Source of the DNA: Alphaproteobacteria bacterium
GTDB lineage: Bacteria; Pseudomonadota; Alphaproteobacteria; RF32; CAG-239
Assembly: GCA_017475705.1 (NCBI GenBank)
Contig: JAFVFB010000030.1
Location: 1,056 to 65,055 of the forward strand
Reading direction: 5' to 3'
DNA: 64,000 nt
The translations under genes were made by a program, and so were the position numbers. Below are positions 1 through 9,658 of the stretch, piece after piece (position 1 is the stretch's first letter; each line of letters begins with the position of its first letter). Under the pieces are notes generated by a model, which was given only the letters and a program-made list of their open reading frames with translations, ran no database searches and was not told the DNA's origin.

Positions 1-169
1 GGTGCACTAAAATTTCTGCACTAAAATCTTCCCCTTCTTTAGAAAAAGCAACTGAACAGCTAATAGGCGCACTAAAATATTTCTCAACAGAAACATTAAC
101 AGCCTCTTCCACGTGTTTACGCAATTTTTCGCTGATATCAACTTGTTTACCTGATAATGTAACTTTCAT
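1..169 (-). CDS. hpf: Ribosome hibernation promoting factor (HPF/RaiA); 5' part only, runs off the window
   Basis: Not in the ORF track. Manual translation from ATG at 169 gives MKVTLSGKQVDISEKLRKHVEEAVNVSVEKYF, a typical HPF N-terminus. It lies downstream of lptB as usual. Confidence 0.85.
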   Translation of the reverse strand, partial: MKVTLSGKQVDISEKLRKHVEEAVNVSVEKYFSAPISCSVAFSKEGEDFSAEILVH

Positions 170-250
170 CTTATATCCCTTCATTTAATACTGTTTTTCT
201 GTTAAAATCATATCTCTAAAAAGTCTAAAAAGTCAATAATAAAAGCCGTC

Positions 251-997
251 CTAAATAGAAAAATTCTCACCCAGGTAAACTTTTCTAACTTCCTCACTGG
301 CAACAATTTCTTCCGGCTTTCCTTCCATTAATACAGCCCCATCATGTAAGATATACGCTCTATCAACAATATCCAAGGTCTCGCGCACATTGTGGTCAGT
401 GATTAAAACGCCCAATCCACGGTTTTTCAATTGTGCAATAAGCCCTCTGATCTCTCCAACCGCAATAGGGTCAATCCCTGCCAGTGGTTCATCAAGTAAA
501 ATAAAACTTGGCTGTCCGGCAAGAGCTCGAGCAATCTCCAATCGTCTCCGTTCACCGCCGGATAACGCAATAGCTGGAGATTTTCGCAAGTGGGCGATAG
601 AAAACTCATTCAGCAAATCTTCAAGCATCTGCTCGCGTTTTCCTTCGTCTGGCACCACAATTTCCAACACAGCTTTAATATTATCCTCTACAGAAAGGCT
701 ACGAAAGATTGATGCTTCTTGCGGCAGATACCCAATACCCATCCGTGCGCGTTTATACATTGGTAAATAAGTAATATCTTCGCCGTCAATATGTACATCG
801 CCATAATCAGGAGTAATCAGTCCTGTCACACAATAAAAGCAAGTTGTTTTACCAGCCCCGTTTGGTCCAAGCAAACCCACAGCTTCCCCGCGCCGCACAT
901 TCAACGAAACATTTCTCAAAACGCTTCGGTTTTTATATCTTTTACCGATATTAAAAACTTCCAACACCGAGCTAAGATTTTTGTTCCCATTAGTCAT
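251..997 (-). CDS. lptB: LPS export ABC transporter ATPase LptB
   Basis: Walker [46 protein letters not shown] and C-terminal VYLGENF. Confidence 0.97.
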   Translation of the reverse strand: MTNGNKNLSSVLEVFNIGKRYKNRSVLRNVSLNVRRGEAVGLLGPNGAGKTTCFYCVTGLITPDYGDVHIDGEDITYLPMYKRARMGIGYLPQEASIFRSLSVEDNIKAVLEIVVPDEGKREQMLEDLLNEFSIAHLRKSPAIALSGGERRRLEIARALAGQPSFILLDEPLAGIDPIAVGEIRGLIAQLKNRGLGVLITDHNVRETLDIVDRAYILHDGAVLMEGKPEEIVASEEVRKVYLGENFSI

Positions 998-999
998 AA

Positions 1000-2409
1000 T
1001 TATTTATCCTTAGAATCTTTCTTAAAAGAGCTTTCATACAGTTTACCAAAAATTCTTCTGCCATTTTTGGCAATAAGTCTGCTTTTAGAGGTTGTAAAAT
1101 CAGAGATAGCTTTATCTCCGCGTACTTGGTTGCCTTTTTTAGTTAGGACAACATTATTTTCAAGTTCTGCCATATTTTTTTTGATGTAATAAACGCCGCT
1201 TTTGGCCTCAGCTGTACCATCTTCTTGGGTAATATGTACTTTATCATAGAGGCGAAATTCATCTTTTGCTTGGAAATATATTGCCTTAGGTGCCTTAATT
1301 ACACTAGAGTCTTTATTAATTTGCACATCATTAAGCAATGAAAATGTTTTTTTATTAAGGTCATAAATTCCCTTTTTTGCTGTTGCGGTATAGCCGCTTT
1401 TATCCTTGATGAAAACATTACTTTTTAGCGTGAAAATTTTTTTATCATTGTCAAAGATACCTTCATCTCCGCTGGCGGTATAGCCGGAATCATCTATAAT
1501 TTTGACATTAGAAAACAGTTTCATAACATTTTTCTCTGCGTCATACACGGCGCGGTCAGCAAAAGCCTTTTTCCCATTGTTATAAATTTCCGCATGTCCG
1601 TTAGCATGAGCCTTGCTGATTTCAAAATTTTTAGTATCCTTAAAAAAGACGACCAGCTCATCGCTTTTTATTGAATCTTTGCCTTTTTGCACCAGTGCAT
1701 TAGAAGAAACAAATTTACTTTCATTAAAAAACATCTTCGCCTTATCTGGCGACCGTAGTTCCATATCATCTTTTTGCAAGTAGACATGGCCGATGAGGGT
1801 TACAACAGAATTTTTCTTATCAAAAGTAAATTTATCAGCTTTTAGATAGCTGTTTTCTCCTTTGCCAATAATCTGTTCATTTCCAAACCCTTTCTCATCA
1901 CGAAAATTATAAGAAGCACTATTGGTTGTAATATCCATTGTGCCATTATAATTCCCGACCACATTTTTTTTCAAATTCAGATTTTGTTTATTTTGGTCAT
2001 ACACCCCTGTATCAGCCGTAACAGACATAGTTTTATCTTTATCAAGCGTCTGTGCTTGTGGCATTGTGAGGTCATATATCTTAGAATTAGGATTAATTTC
2101 TTCGACCACTTCAGCTTTAAGGACACTATATTGATTATCTTTCTCCGTAATTTCAAAAGTAGTATTTTTCATCCGGAATTTTTCAAAATAGATTTTTTCC
2201 TCTTCAGCCAAAGAAAAAGTTGAATCAGAATTAGATTCAAAATCAAACAAAACGACCCCAAGTCCCAGCAATAGGGCTGTCAAGCAGGGCAAAAAAAGTT
2301 TAAAGAAACGAACAACTTTCGTTCTGCGGCTAATAAAAATCTTTTCTTCTTCATCAAGAAGGTTATTTTCACCACTAAAGAACGTATCAATTTTTTGCGT
2401 TTCAAACAA
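1000..2409 (-). CDS. LptC-LptA(OstA) fusion with an extended beta-jellyroll
   Basis: One N-terminal TM helix, an LptC-like region, then repeated OstA-like units ending in NQVRGDKAISDF. Lies between kdsD and lptB. Probable TTG start at 2409, just after the kdsD stop (ORF track starts at 2436). Confidence 0.8.
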   Translation of the reverse strand: MFETQKIDTFFSGENNLLDEEEKIFISRRTKVVRFFKLFLPCLTALLLGLGVVLFDFESNSDSTFSLAEEEKIYFEKFRMKNTTFEITEKDNQYSVLKAEVVEEINPNSKIYDLTMPQAQTLDKDKTMSVTADTGVYDQNKQNLNLKKNVVGNYNGTMDITTNSASYNFRDEKGFGNEQIIGKGENSYLKADKFTFDKKNSVVTLIGHVYLQKDDMELRSPDKAKMFFNESKFVSSNALVQKGKDSIKSDELVVFFKDTKNFEISKAHANGHAEIYNNGKKAFADRAVYDAEKNVMKLFSNVKIIDDSGYTASGDEGIFDNDKKIFTLKSNVFIKDKSGYTATAKKGIYDLNKKTFSLLNDVQINKDSSVIKAPKAIYFQAKDEFRLYDKVHITQEDGTAEAKSGVYYIKKNMAELENNVVLTKKGNQVRGDKAISDFTTSKSRLIAKNGRRIFGKLYESSFKKDSKDK

Positions 2410-2411
2410 GG

Positions 2412-3407
2412 CTATGCAACTCCGGCTTTTAAGCAATCATGAATATGGATAAGTCCAACAGGTTTATTATTTTCAACCACAAACAGGTTCGTAATACCTC
2501 GGCCTGTGTTATTCATCATATTAACCGCATCAACAATCAGGGCATCAGGACCAATAACCTTAGGGTTCTTCGTCATCACATTCTCAACTCTTTCAGTAAT
2601 CAAAGAAGGGGACATCCAGCGCCTCAAGTCACCATCGGTAATAATACCGACTAAATCACCGCTATTGTTGATAATACCGACACAACCAAGCATTTTCTCA
2701 GTCATAACTAATAAGGCTTTTTGCATATCAGCCGTTTCATCGATGAGTGGCATTTCATTGCCTTTATGCATAATATCTGTTACACGACACAATATGGCAC
2801 CGAGTTTTCCACCTGGATGACGTTGTCTGAAGTCTGCTGCAGAAAACCCGCGTCTTTCCATCAAATCAATGGCCAACACATCACCCAAAACAATAGTAGC
2901 CGTAGTTGAAGAAGTCGGAGCCAAACCCAATGGGCAAGCTTCTCCATTATCAGGTAATTTTAATACCAAGGTAGCATTTTTCCCGAGTGCACTTTCAGGA
3001 TTACGTGTAATGGCAATAAGAGGTATATTATGTCTTTTTGCATAGATAAGAATATCAGAAAGTTCCTTCGATTCGCCGCTATAAGAAATAGCAATAATTA
3101 CATCGTCATCAGCAATCATACCTAAGTCGCCGTGGCTGGCTTCTGCCGGATGAACAAAAAAAGAAACAGTACCAGTAGATGCAAATGTTGCAGCCATCTT
3201 CCGTCCGATATGGCCAGATTTTCCCATACCAGTAACAATAACGCGCCCCTTAGCATTTTGCAACAAGTCAAGAGCTTCAGATAATGTTCCATCCAAATTA
3301 TTTTTCAAAATCTCTAGAGTTTCGATTTCACGATTAATCGTTTCGGTAGCATGTTTTAAATCATCATATTGTAAACTATTGTGTAACACAGCAGAATTCA
3401 AATTCAT
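2412..3407 (-). CDS. kdsD: Arabinose-5-phosphate isomerase (KpsF/GutQ, SIS+CBS)
   Basis: VTGMGKSGHIG, HPAEASHGDLG, EACPLGLAPTSSTT, HPGGKLG and a CBS pair. ATG 3407 follows a GAGGA RBS. Confidence 0.95.
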   Translation of the reverse strand: MNLNSAVLHNSLQYDDLKHATETINREIETLEILKNNLDGTLSEALDLLQNAKGRVIVTGMGKSGHIGRKMAATFASTGTVSFFVHPAEASHGDLGMIADDDVIIAISYSGESKELSDILIYAKRHNIPLIAITRNPESALGKNATLVLKLPDNGEACPLGLAPTSSTTATIVLGDVLAIDLMERRGFSAADFRQRHPGGKLGAILCRVTDIMHKGNEMPLIDETADMQKALLVMTEKMLGCVGIINNSGDLVGIITDGDLRRWMSPSLITERVENVMTKNPKVIGPDALIVDAVNMMNNTGRGITNLFVVENNKPVGLIHIHDCLKAGVA

Positions 3408-3513
3408 CGTTTTATCCTCATAAAAAAACTCAATGCCCCAATAATGCCACAATTTTTCTAAATGTGCAAGTGATATTTCTTACAAAAAGAATCAATTTTC
3501 CATAGGGGAAGAT

Positions 3514-3969
3514 TTAGCTTTTTTGTTCAAAAGAGCCGTTATCATTTTGCTGCCAATAGTGCAATTCTCCACCAGTGTCTCTAATTTTTTTCCAATATTC
3601 CCGTGCAAAGTCGACCGCAGCTTTGTCGTTGCCATCAAAAATATTTAGAACTCTCTCATACTGGTTAAGCACATCAATTTCTGGTCTCGCTCCATCCACC
3701 AAAATAAGAATAGTTGCATTGTTAGCATTTCTTTCATCAGCACCAACAAAAATCGGCTGTTCTTCAGCAAATCCATCTTTTTTGCTACCATGCGGCAAAA
3801 AAGCCTCTTCATCATAAGTCCACAGCAGTGAGTTAACAAATTCAACTCGCTCTTCGCTTCCTGAAAGAATGAGAATTCTTTTACCTGTCTGGTATGCCTT
3901 TTCACATAGCTTCGGCAAAATTTGTTCCAATGTGGATTTTTGCAGGTGGTAGAAGTCAACTCTAATCAT
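3514..3969 (-). CDS. holC: DNA polymerase III chi subunit
   Basis: RVDFYHL, LLWTYDEEAFLPHG and AREYWK motifs. Confidence 0.92.
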   Translation of the reverse strand: MIRVDFYHLQKSTLEQILPKLCEKAYQTGKRILILSGSEERVEFVNSLLWTYDEEAFLPHGSKKDGFAEEQPIFVGADERNANNATILILVDGARPEIDVLNQYERVLNIFDGNDKAAVDFAREYWKKIRDTGGELHYWQQNDNGSFEQKS

Positions 3970-5305
3970 TCTCAGCCTCGACTTCAATATTAACATAAAA
4001 AGTATTATCCAAACTTTGAATAAGTAAAGAAACAGGGCGATAGTCGTCCATTATAGCATTGCGGATACTATCTAATAAATTATCGGTACTGTAAATATCC
4101 GCACGGTCAGCTTCTAGGATAACATCGCCTTCTTTCACACCTTTTCCGATAAGGGGAGATCTCTTTTCGATTTTGATAATTTTCAAGCCGCGCGGAGCAG
4201 CTTCTTTAACCGCAATATTGAGCTCAGATACATAAAAGATACCAGCTTCATCATCTTGGTGATAATACTTACTATTTTCTATAAGGGCTTTATTTGTAAC
4301 ATCTTTCAGGGCTTTAGCAGGCATTTCTTGGATGTGGATAGTCGTTTTGATTTCTTCTCCCATGCTCAAAACTTTGAGTTTTAAAATGCTTTTAGGGCTG
4401 ATTGTTTCGCCAAATGATTTAAATGCATTCAAATCATCGGCAACAACATCATTATAGGCAATAATAATATCTCCTACTCTTAAACCCTCTTTATAAGCGT
4501 TAGCCTCTTCATTAATTTCGGTAATAACCAGTCCTTGTTTTCCTGTATATTTATCGATTCCATTTGTGACATCAAAACCTAGCCACCCTCGCTGTACGCT
4601 ACCTCTTTCCACCAATTGCGCAGAAATCCAATTAGCAATATTTGAAGGCAAGGCAAATCCAACACCGGAAGCACCATTAATTGTAAACACGGCCGAATTA
4701 ATGCCAATCACTTTACCTTCAAGGTCAAACATCGGTCCGCCAGAGTTACCTTGGTTAATAGCCGCATCTGTTTGAATATACTGCTGCTCGCCCAATCCGA
4801 TATGCCTCGATTTAGCAGATATAATTCCTTGAGAAACACTTGCCCCTAAACCATAAGGGTTCCCGATTGTTAACACCTTATCACCGATTCGCGCAGCATC
4901 AGCATCACTAAAAATCACTGGCTTAAAGCCTTCTTTATTTTTAGGTATAATTTTAAGTGCGGCTAAATCACTTGGTTCATCAACCCCTACGATTTTGGCA
5001 ACATAGGTTTTTCCACTGTCTGTAATCACATTGATGGTCTTTGCCCCTTTAATAACATGGAGATTAGTTAAGATGTAGCCATCTTTTCTGATAAAAAAGC
5101 CGGAGCCAAGCGTTTCTCTGCCGATTAATTCTGGATTAAGCATCACATTATCGACTGTTTCGTTTTCATCAAGCATTTGCCTTTCAGTAGAGATATTGAC
5201 CACGGATGGCATAATATTTTCCACCAAATCGGCATAACTATCTAAAGCTACCGCTTCACCGGTCAGCAAAATAAATCCCCATAAAAGAGTCAACAGCCGC
5301 ATCAT
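3962..5305 (-). CDS. DegP/HtrA-family periplasmic serine protease with PDZ domains
   Basis: Signal peptide, GSGFF, LTNLHV, DLAALK, IQTDAAINQGNSGGP. Downstream of hflC. Confidence 0.93.
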   Translation of the reverse strand: MMRLLTLLWGFILLTGEAVALDSYADLVENIMPSVVNISTERQMLDENETVDNVMLNPELIGRETLGSGFFIRKDGYILTNLHVIKGAKTINVITDSGKTYVAKIVGVDEPSDLAALKIIPKNKEGFKPVIFSDADAARIGDKVLTIGNPYGLGASVSQGIISAKSRHIGLGEQQYIQTDAAINQGNSGGPMFDLEGKVIGINSAVFTINGASGVGFALPSNIANWISAQLVERGSVQRGWLGFDVTNGIDKYTGKQGLVITEINEEANAYKEGLRVGDIIIAYNDVVADDLNAFKSFGETISPKSILKLKVLSMGEEIKTTIHIQEMPAKALKDVTNKALIENSKYYHQDDEAGIFYVSELNIAVKEAAPRGLKIIKIEKRSPLIGKGVKEGDVILEADRADIYSTDNLLDSIRNAIMDDYRPVSLLIQSLDNTFYVNIEVEAEND

Positions 5306-5312
5306 TTAATCC

Positions 5313-6176
5313 TTACTTTAATGTTTTTCCAAAATAATGGAAGAATTCACCTTCCGGTGCCAAGATAAGCGATGTCTCGCCATCAAAAGAATTGCGGTAT
5401 GCCTCTAAAGAGCGATAAAATCCATAAAATTCAGGATCGACATTGGTCGCAGAAGTCCAAATTTCCGTTGCAATTTTGTCGCCTTCACCTTTAATCTTCT
5501 GAGCTTCTTTTTCAGCAGTAGCAATTGTAATGGTTGCTTGCTTATCTGCAGTCGCACGGATTTTTTGAGCCTGTTTTTCACCCGCCGCACGGTATCCTTT
5601 TGCCTCGCGAATACGTTCTGTTTTCATGCGTTCATTAATAGCTTGAGATAGCTGGATAGGCAAGTCCGCACGCCGTATCCGCACATCAGCAACCTCCACC
5701 CCAATTTGTGCTGCGTCTCTTTTAACTGCCTCACTGATTTTTTTCATAATTTCTGTACGTTTATCAGAGAGCAATTCAATAAGTGTAAATGTCGCCAAAA
5801 CGTTACGTGCTGAAGAATTGACAATTTCTTGCAGTCTATTTTGAGCTTGAAATTCATTGCGCACAGTTTTGTAGAAAATCAGCGGCTCAGTAATACGATA
5901 GCGCGAAAAAGTATCAACATCTAGTCTTTTTTTGTCTTTTAGCACCACTTCCTGTGCTGGCGGTTCAAGGTTAAGGAGCCGTTTATCATAAAAGACCACA
6001 TTTTGAATAAATGGAATTTTCATTTTAAGACCAGGTTCTTGCACTAACCGTACCGGATCGCCAAATTGCAGTACAATAGCCTGCTCCGGTTGCTGAACAA
6101 TATAAAAAGACTGCATTCCCAAGATAATTACAAAGAAAACAGTAATCAAAACTAAGTGTAAATTTTTCTTCATCAC
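5313..6176 (-). CDS. hflC: FtsH modulator HflC
   Basis: SPFH domain; PGLKMKIPFIQNV, DVRIRRADLP, FYGFYRSLEAY. Confidence 0.95.
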   Translation of the reverse strand: MMKKNLHLVLITVFFVIILGMQSFYIVQQPEQAIVLQFGDPVRLVQEPGLKMKIPFIQNVVFYDKRLLNLEPPAQEVVLKDKKRLDVDTFSRYRITEPLIFYKTVRNEFQAQNRLQEIVNSSARNVLATFTLIELLSDKRTEIMKKISEAVKRDAAQIGVEVADVRIRRADLPIQLSQAINERMKTERIREAKGYRAAGEKQAQKIRATADKQATITIATAEKEAQKIKGEGDKIATEIWTSATNVDPEFYGFYRSLEAYRNSFDGETSLILAPEGEFFHYFGKTLK

Positions 6177-6188
6177 AACAATCCTTTC

Positions 6189-7220
6189 TTATTTTAAGGG
6201 CAAGATAGGCATCATATTAGAGTTTTTGTTACTTGGTTCCATCACCACCTTTTTAGTTTTTTTGAACACATTTTCCATAGTTTCAAGGTATAGACGTTTT
6301 GCCGTAACAATTCTTCCAGTTTTGTAAGCATCATAAACCGAGCTAAAGCGTTTAGCTTCACCTTCAGCTCTGCTGATAACAGCCTGTTTATAAGCCTCAG
6401 CCTCTTGCGTCCGTTTGATGGCTTCACCTTCTGCCTTAGGCAAAACCTCATTAGCATAGGCTTCTGCCTCATTCTTAAAGCGTTCAGCATCAGTTTTAGC
6501 GCGTTGTACTTCATTGAAAGCTTCAACAACCTGTGTTGGCGGGTCTGCTTTTTGCAGTTTTACACGTACGATATTAACACCGGTTTCAAAATCATCTAGC
6601 AGTCCTTGTAATTCTTTTTTGGTATCGTTTTCGATTTTATTGCGGTCACCGGTAATTACATCTTCCATTTTTGATTGGCCAATAATTTCGCGCAACACAG
6701 ATTGCGCTGCCACCTTAACTGTAGATTCCGGCGTTCTGGTTTTAAACAAAAAATCTTTAGCGTCTTTAATGTTCCATACCACTGTAAGGTTGATGTCGAC
6801 AATATTTTCATCTCCTGTCAGCATATGGCTTTCTGTAAATTCATTAACAGTCCCGCGAACACCATATTCTGGTTCAGCAACACCAAGGTTAATGCTACGT
6901 TCTTTACTGATGTCCACAATAAAAGCCTCTTCAATTGGATAGGGTAGATGGTAGTGCAGTCCAGCATCTGTTGTTTCCGTATATTTTCCAAGCCGCAAAA
7001 TAACCCCTTGTTCACTCGGTTGCACTTGATAAAACCCTGAAGCAAGCCACACCAAGAGTAACACCAGTAAGATGATTTTGTAGTAGCCGTCAAAATTATT
7101 CTTGGAGTTTTGCATTTGAGCAATTTTTGCCGTAAAATCAGTCACTTTTGTCTTGTGTGCTAGCGTTTCATCAGTAGTGTCCCACGGGTTAAGATTGTTG
7201 AAATTTAGTTTTTTTACCAT
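6189..7220 (-). CDS. hflK: FtsH modulator HflK
   Basis: GLHYHLPYPIE, MLTGDENIVD, RLYLETME. Confidence 0.95.
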   Translation of the reverse strand: MVKKLNFNNLNPWDTTDETLAHKTKVTDFTAKIAQMQNSKNNFDGYYKIILLVLLLVWLASGFYQVQPSEQGVILRLGKYTETTDAGLHYHLPYPIEEAFIVDISKERSINLGVAEPEYGVRGTVNEFTESHMLTGDENIVDINLTVVWNIKDAKDFLFKTRTPESTVKVAAQSVLREIIGQSKMEDVITGDRNKIENDTKKELQGLLDDFETGVNIVRVKLQKADPPTQVVEAFNEVQRAKTDAERFKNEAEAYANEVLPKAEGEAIKRTQEAEAYKQAVISRAEGEAKRFSSVYDAYKTGRIVTAKRLYLETMENVFKKTKKVVMEPSNKNSNMMPILPLK

Positions 7221-7333
7221 AGATTTGTGCTCCTAAATTTTCAAAAAAACAAACATATTTTACTGGAAAAATAATACAAAGCTTGTATAAAAACAATATC
7301 GAAAAAATGATATCCACATTAGGAAGAAGAGCC

Positions 7334-8328
7334 ATGGCAGAACCAGATATTAATCAAAACATAGCGTTAAAGTATTTTACGGCGCAAGAAATAGAAACTA
7401 TTAAGCAAATTGCTGATAGGCTTATAATCACCATAAACGCAGCGGAAAATGGTGCAAAAGCCAATGCGCTAAAACAAGAGTTATCTCAACAAAATCCAGA
7501 TAAAAAAATAAACATTGTTTTTGTGAAAGATAAATCAGACAAAGCCAATACAGCAGAAAAGTGGTATCTACCAACAATCAAGCATATTATTTCTGTAGCT
7601 TCCGGCAAAGGAGGGGTTGGTAAGTCAACCACTGCAGTCAACATTGCCTTAGCTTTAGCAGATATGAATTATAAAGTAGCAATGTTTGATGCAGATATTT
7701 ATGGCCCTTCGCTTCCGACAATGTTAGGTTACAAGGATGTTCCTCCTGTTTCCTATGATGGGCAGACTTTTGAACCTTTTCAGGAATGTGGTATTGCCTC
7801 AATGTCTGTTGGCAGTATGGTCAAACAAGACACCGCATTAATTTGGCGTGGAGCCAAAGCCTGTGGTGCTATTCAACAGTTATTAACACAAACCAATTGG
7901 GGTGACATAGACATAATGGTTATAGATATGCCTCCAGGGACGGGAGACATTCAGATAACGCTATCGCAAAAAATAGACTTTTCTGGTGCAATTATCGTTT
8001 CAACACCGCAGGATATTGCACTAATAGATGCAATTAAAGGTCTGAATATGTTTGAGAAAGTTGGTATTAAAACGCTCGGTATTGTTGAAAATATGAGCTA
8101 TTATGTATGTGAAAAATGTGGCCATCGAGCAGATATTTTGGTCATGCAGGTGCTGCACAAACGGCACAAAAATACGGAGTCGATTTTTTAGGGGAAATAC
8201 CTTTACACTATGATATTCGTGTTAATTCAGATAATGGCACACCGATAGTACAGAGCGCACCGGATAGTTCCTATGCCAAAGCATATGCTCAGATAGCCCA
8301 AAAGATAGCCGCCAAATTAGATATATAG
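7334..8328 (+). CDS. mrp: Mrp/ApbC Fe-S carrier P-loop ATPase with a frameshift near 8136-8139
   Basis: ASGKGGVGKST, DADIYGPS, DMPPGTGD, STPQDIAL and ENMS..CxxC are in frame 1. The conserved FGHAG..FLGEIPL C-terminus is in another frame (8116..8328). One extra T in the T4 run restores the frame. Confidence 0.88.
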
Positions 8329-8330
8329 AG

Positions 8331-9032
8331 CTATTTATTGCTTTTATAAAATTCTTTTCTATCTTTCCGTTGTCGGTGCCACAGGTTTCCAAGGCCGTTG
8401 ATAGGTTGCACTTCGTGTGCTGAGGCAAAGTTAAAGTTTCTGCATAAAAATAAACTAGTCGTTTTTGTGTAGTTATTCATTGGGCAAAAACCATAGAAGT
8501 CAATTTGTAGTAGACCAGCATTTTTTAAGGTGTGTATCGCTTCAACATACTCCACACTGGTATTTACCCTATCGCTATCATCTAAGATAATAAGTCCGCC
8601 ATCATTAAGGCATTGTACCGCGGTGGCAGCGCATTCTGCGCGGCATTTACCATCAATCACTATCACATCATATTTATGTTGTTCATCAAAAATGGCATTA
8701 TAGTAAGTTTTTCCTTCTTCTGCGAACATAAGTTTCAGATTTTGTGCTGTTAAAAATTCTTTTTGCCATTTTTCCAGCCAATTAGGGTTATCTTCAACAG
8801 AGGTTACACTTTCGGCGCGCTCGGCCCAAAACAAAGAAGAATAGCCACACCCAAATTCAAACACATTTTTATCGTGATAGTCAAATTGAGCCAAATATTC
8901 AATTGCCGGATAAGTATACCAAGGCAAGGGCTTACCATCTTTATCAACGCAAACATTCTCATCAATAGAACGCTCAATAGCAAAATCGTTTTGCCATATT
9001 TCAATAAATTTCAAAAATTTATCGCTAAACAT
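8331..9032 (-). CDS. Class I SAM-dependent methyltransferase-like protein
   Basis: VFEFGCGYSS glycine motif, YDVIVIDG, GGLIILDD. Confidence 0.8.
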   Translation of the reverse strand: MFSDKFLKFIEIWQNDFAIERSIDENVCVDKDGKPLPWYTYPAIEYLAQFDYHDKNVFEFGCGYSSLFWAERAESVTSVEDNPNWLEKWQKEFLTAQNLKLMFAEEGKTYYNAIFDEQHKYDVIVIDGKCRAECAATAVQCLNDGGLIILDDSDRVNTSVEYVEAIHTLKNAGLLQIDFYGFCPMNNYTKTTSLFLCRNFNFASAHEVQPINGLGNLWHRQRKDRKEFYKSNK

Positions 9033-9067
9033 TTATTTTGCAACTTGAAACCGTATCAGCAAGCTAG

Positions 9068-9529
9068 CTATATTTTCTTGCTGGAGCGTACATAAGCAAT
9101 TCCGGCATGTTCTTCGCAATAGGTTTGTCCGGTCTTTACTCTCTTGCCGCAAAAGCAAAAATCATCATCGCGAGGATCGCCTAAGGGCCAACGACAAGTA
9201 TGGTTGTCAAGCTTAACCAAGGGAATATTAGTTTCTTCTGGCACTTCATTTATATTGGTTTCATTGATAGTTTGCTCTATTTTTTTCTCCAGTTTAGCAC
9301 CAGCCTTAGCGGGCTTTATAGCATTCTTATTCGTAGCACCAGTATTTTTACGTTGGTCTTTTGCCGGCATTTTTTTAATAGGTGAAGGCCGAGCGGTTAA
9401 ACATAGCCGATGGACTTTACCGATAATAGAGTTTTTTGTAACATGCAAAGCTTTAGCAATCTGACCGGTAGTCATGCCACGATCCCACATTTTTTTCAGT
9501 TCTTCAACAACTTCATCGGTCCAAATCAT
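9068..9529 (-). CDS. gcrA: Cell-cycle regulator GcrA
   Basis: WTDE..L..MW..G.T..QIA..L..TKNSIIGKVHRL N-terminus and CRWPLGDP..FCFCG..YCEEH C-terminus. Confidence 0.95.
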   Translation of the reverse strand: MIWTDEVVEELKKMWDRGMTTGQIAKALHVTKNSIIGKVHRLCLTARPSPIKKMPAKDQRKNTGATNKNAIKPAKAGAKLEKKIEQTINETNINEVPEETNIPLVKLDNHTCRWPLGDPRDDDFCFCGKRVKTGQTYCEEHAGIAYVRSSKKI

Positions 9530-9658
9530 TATTATTCTCCATTATCAATTAAGCTTAGCCACACCATAACCCATTCGATTTTAAAATGCAAGCATAACGT
9601 TTTTTTAAATTTTAATCATTAGACTATAATAAACCCTCATAAAACAGAGAGAAATCAT

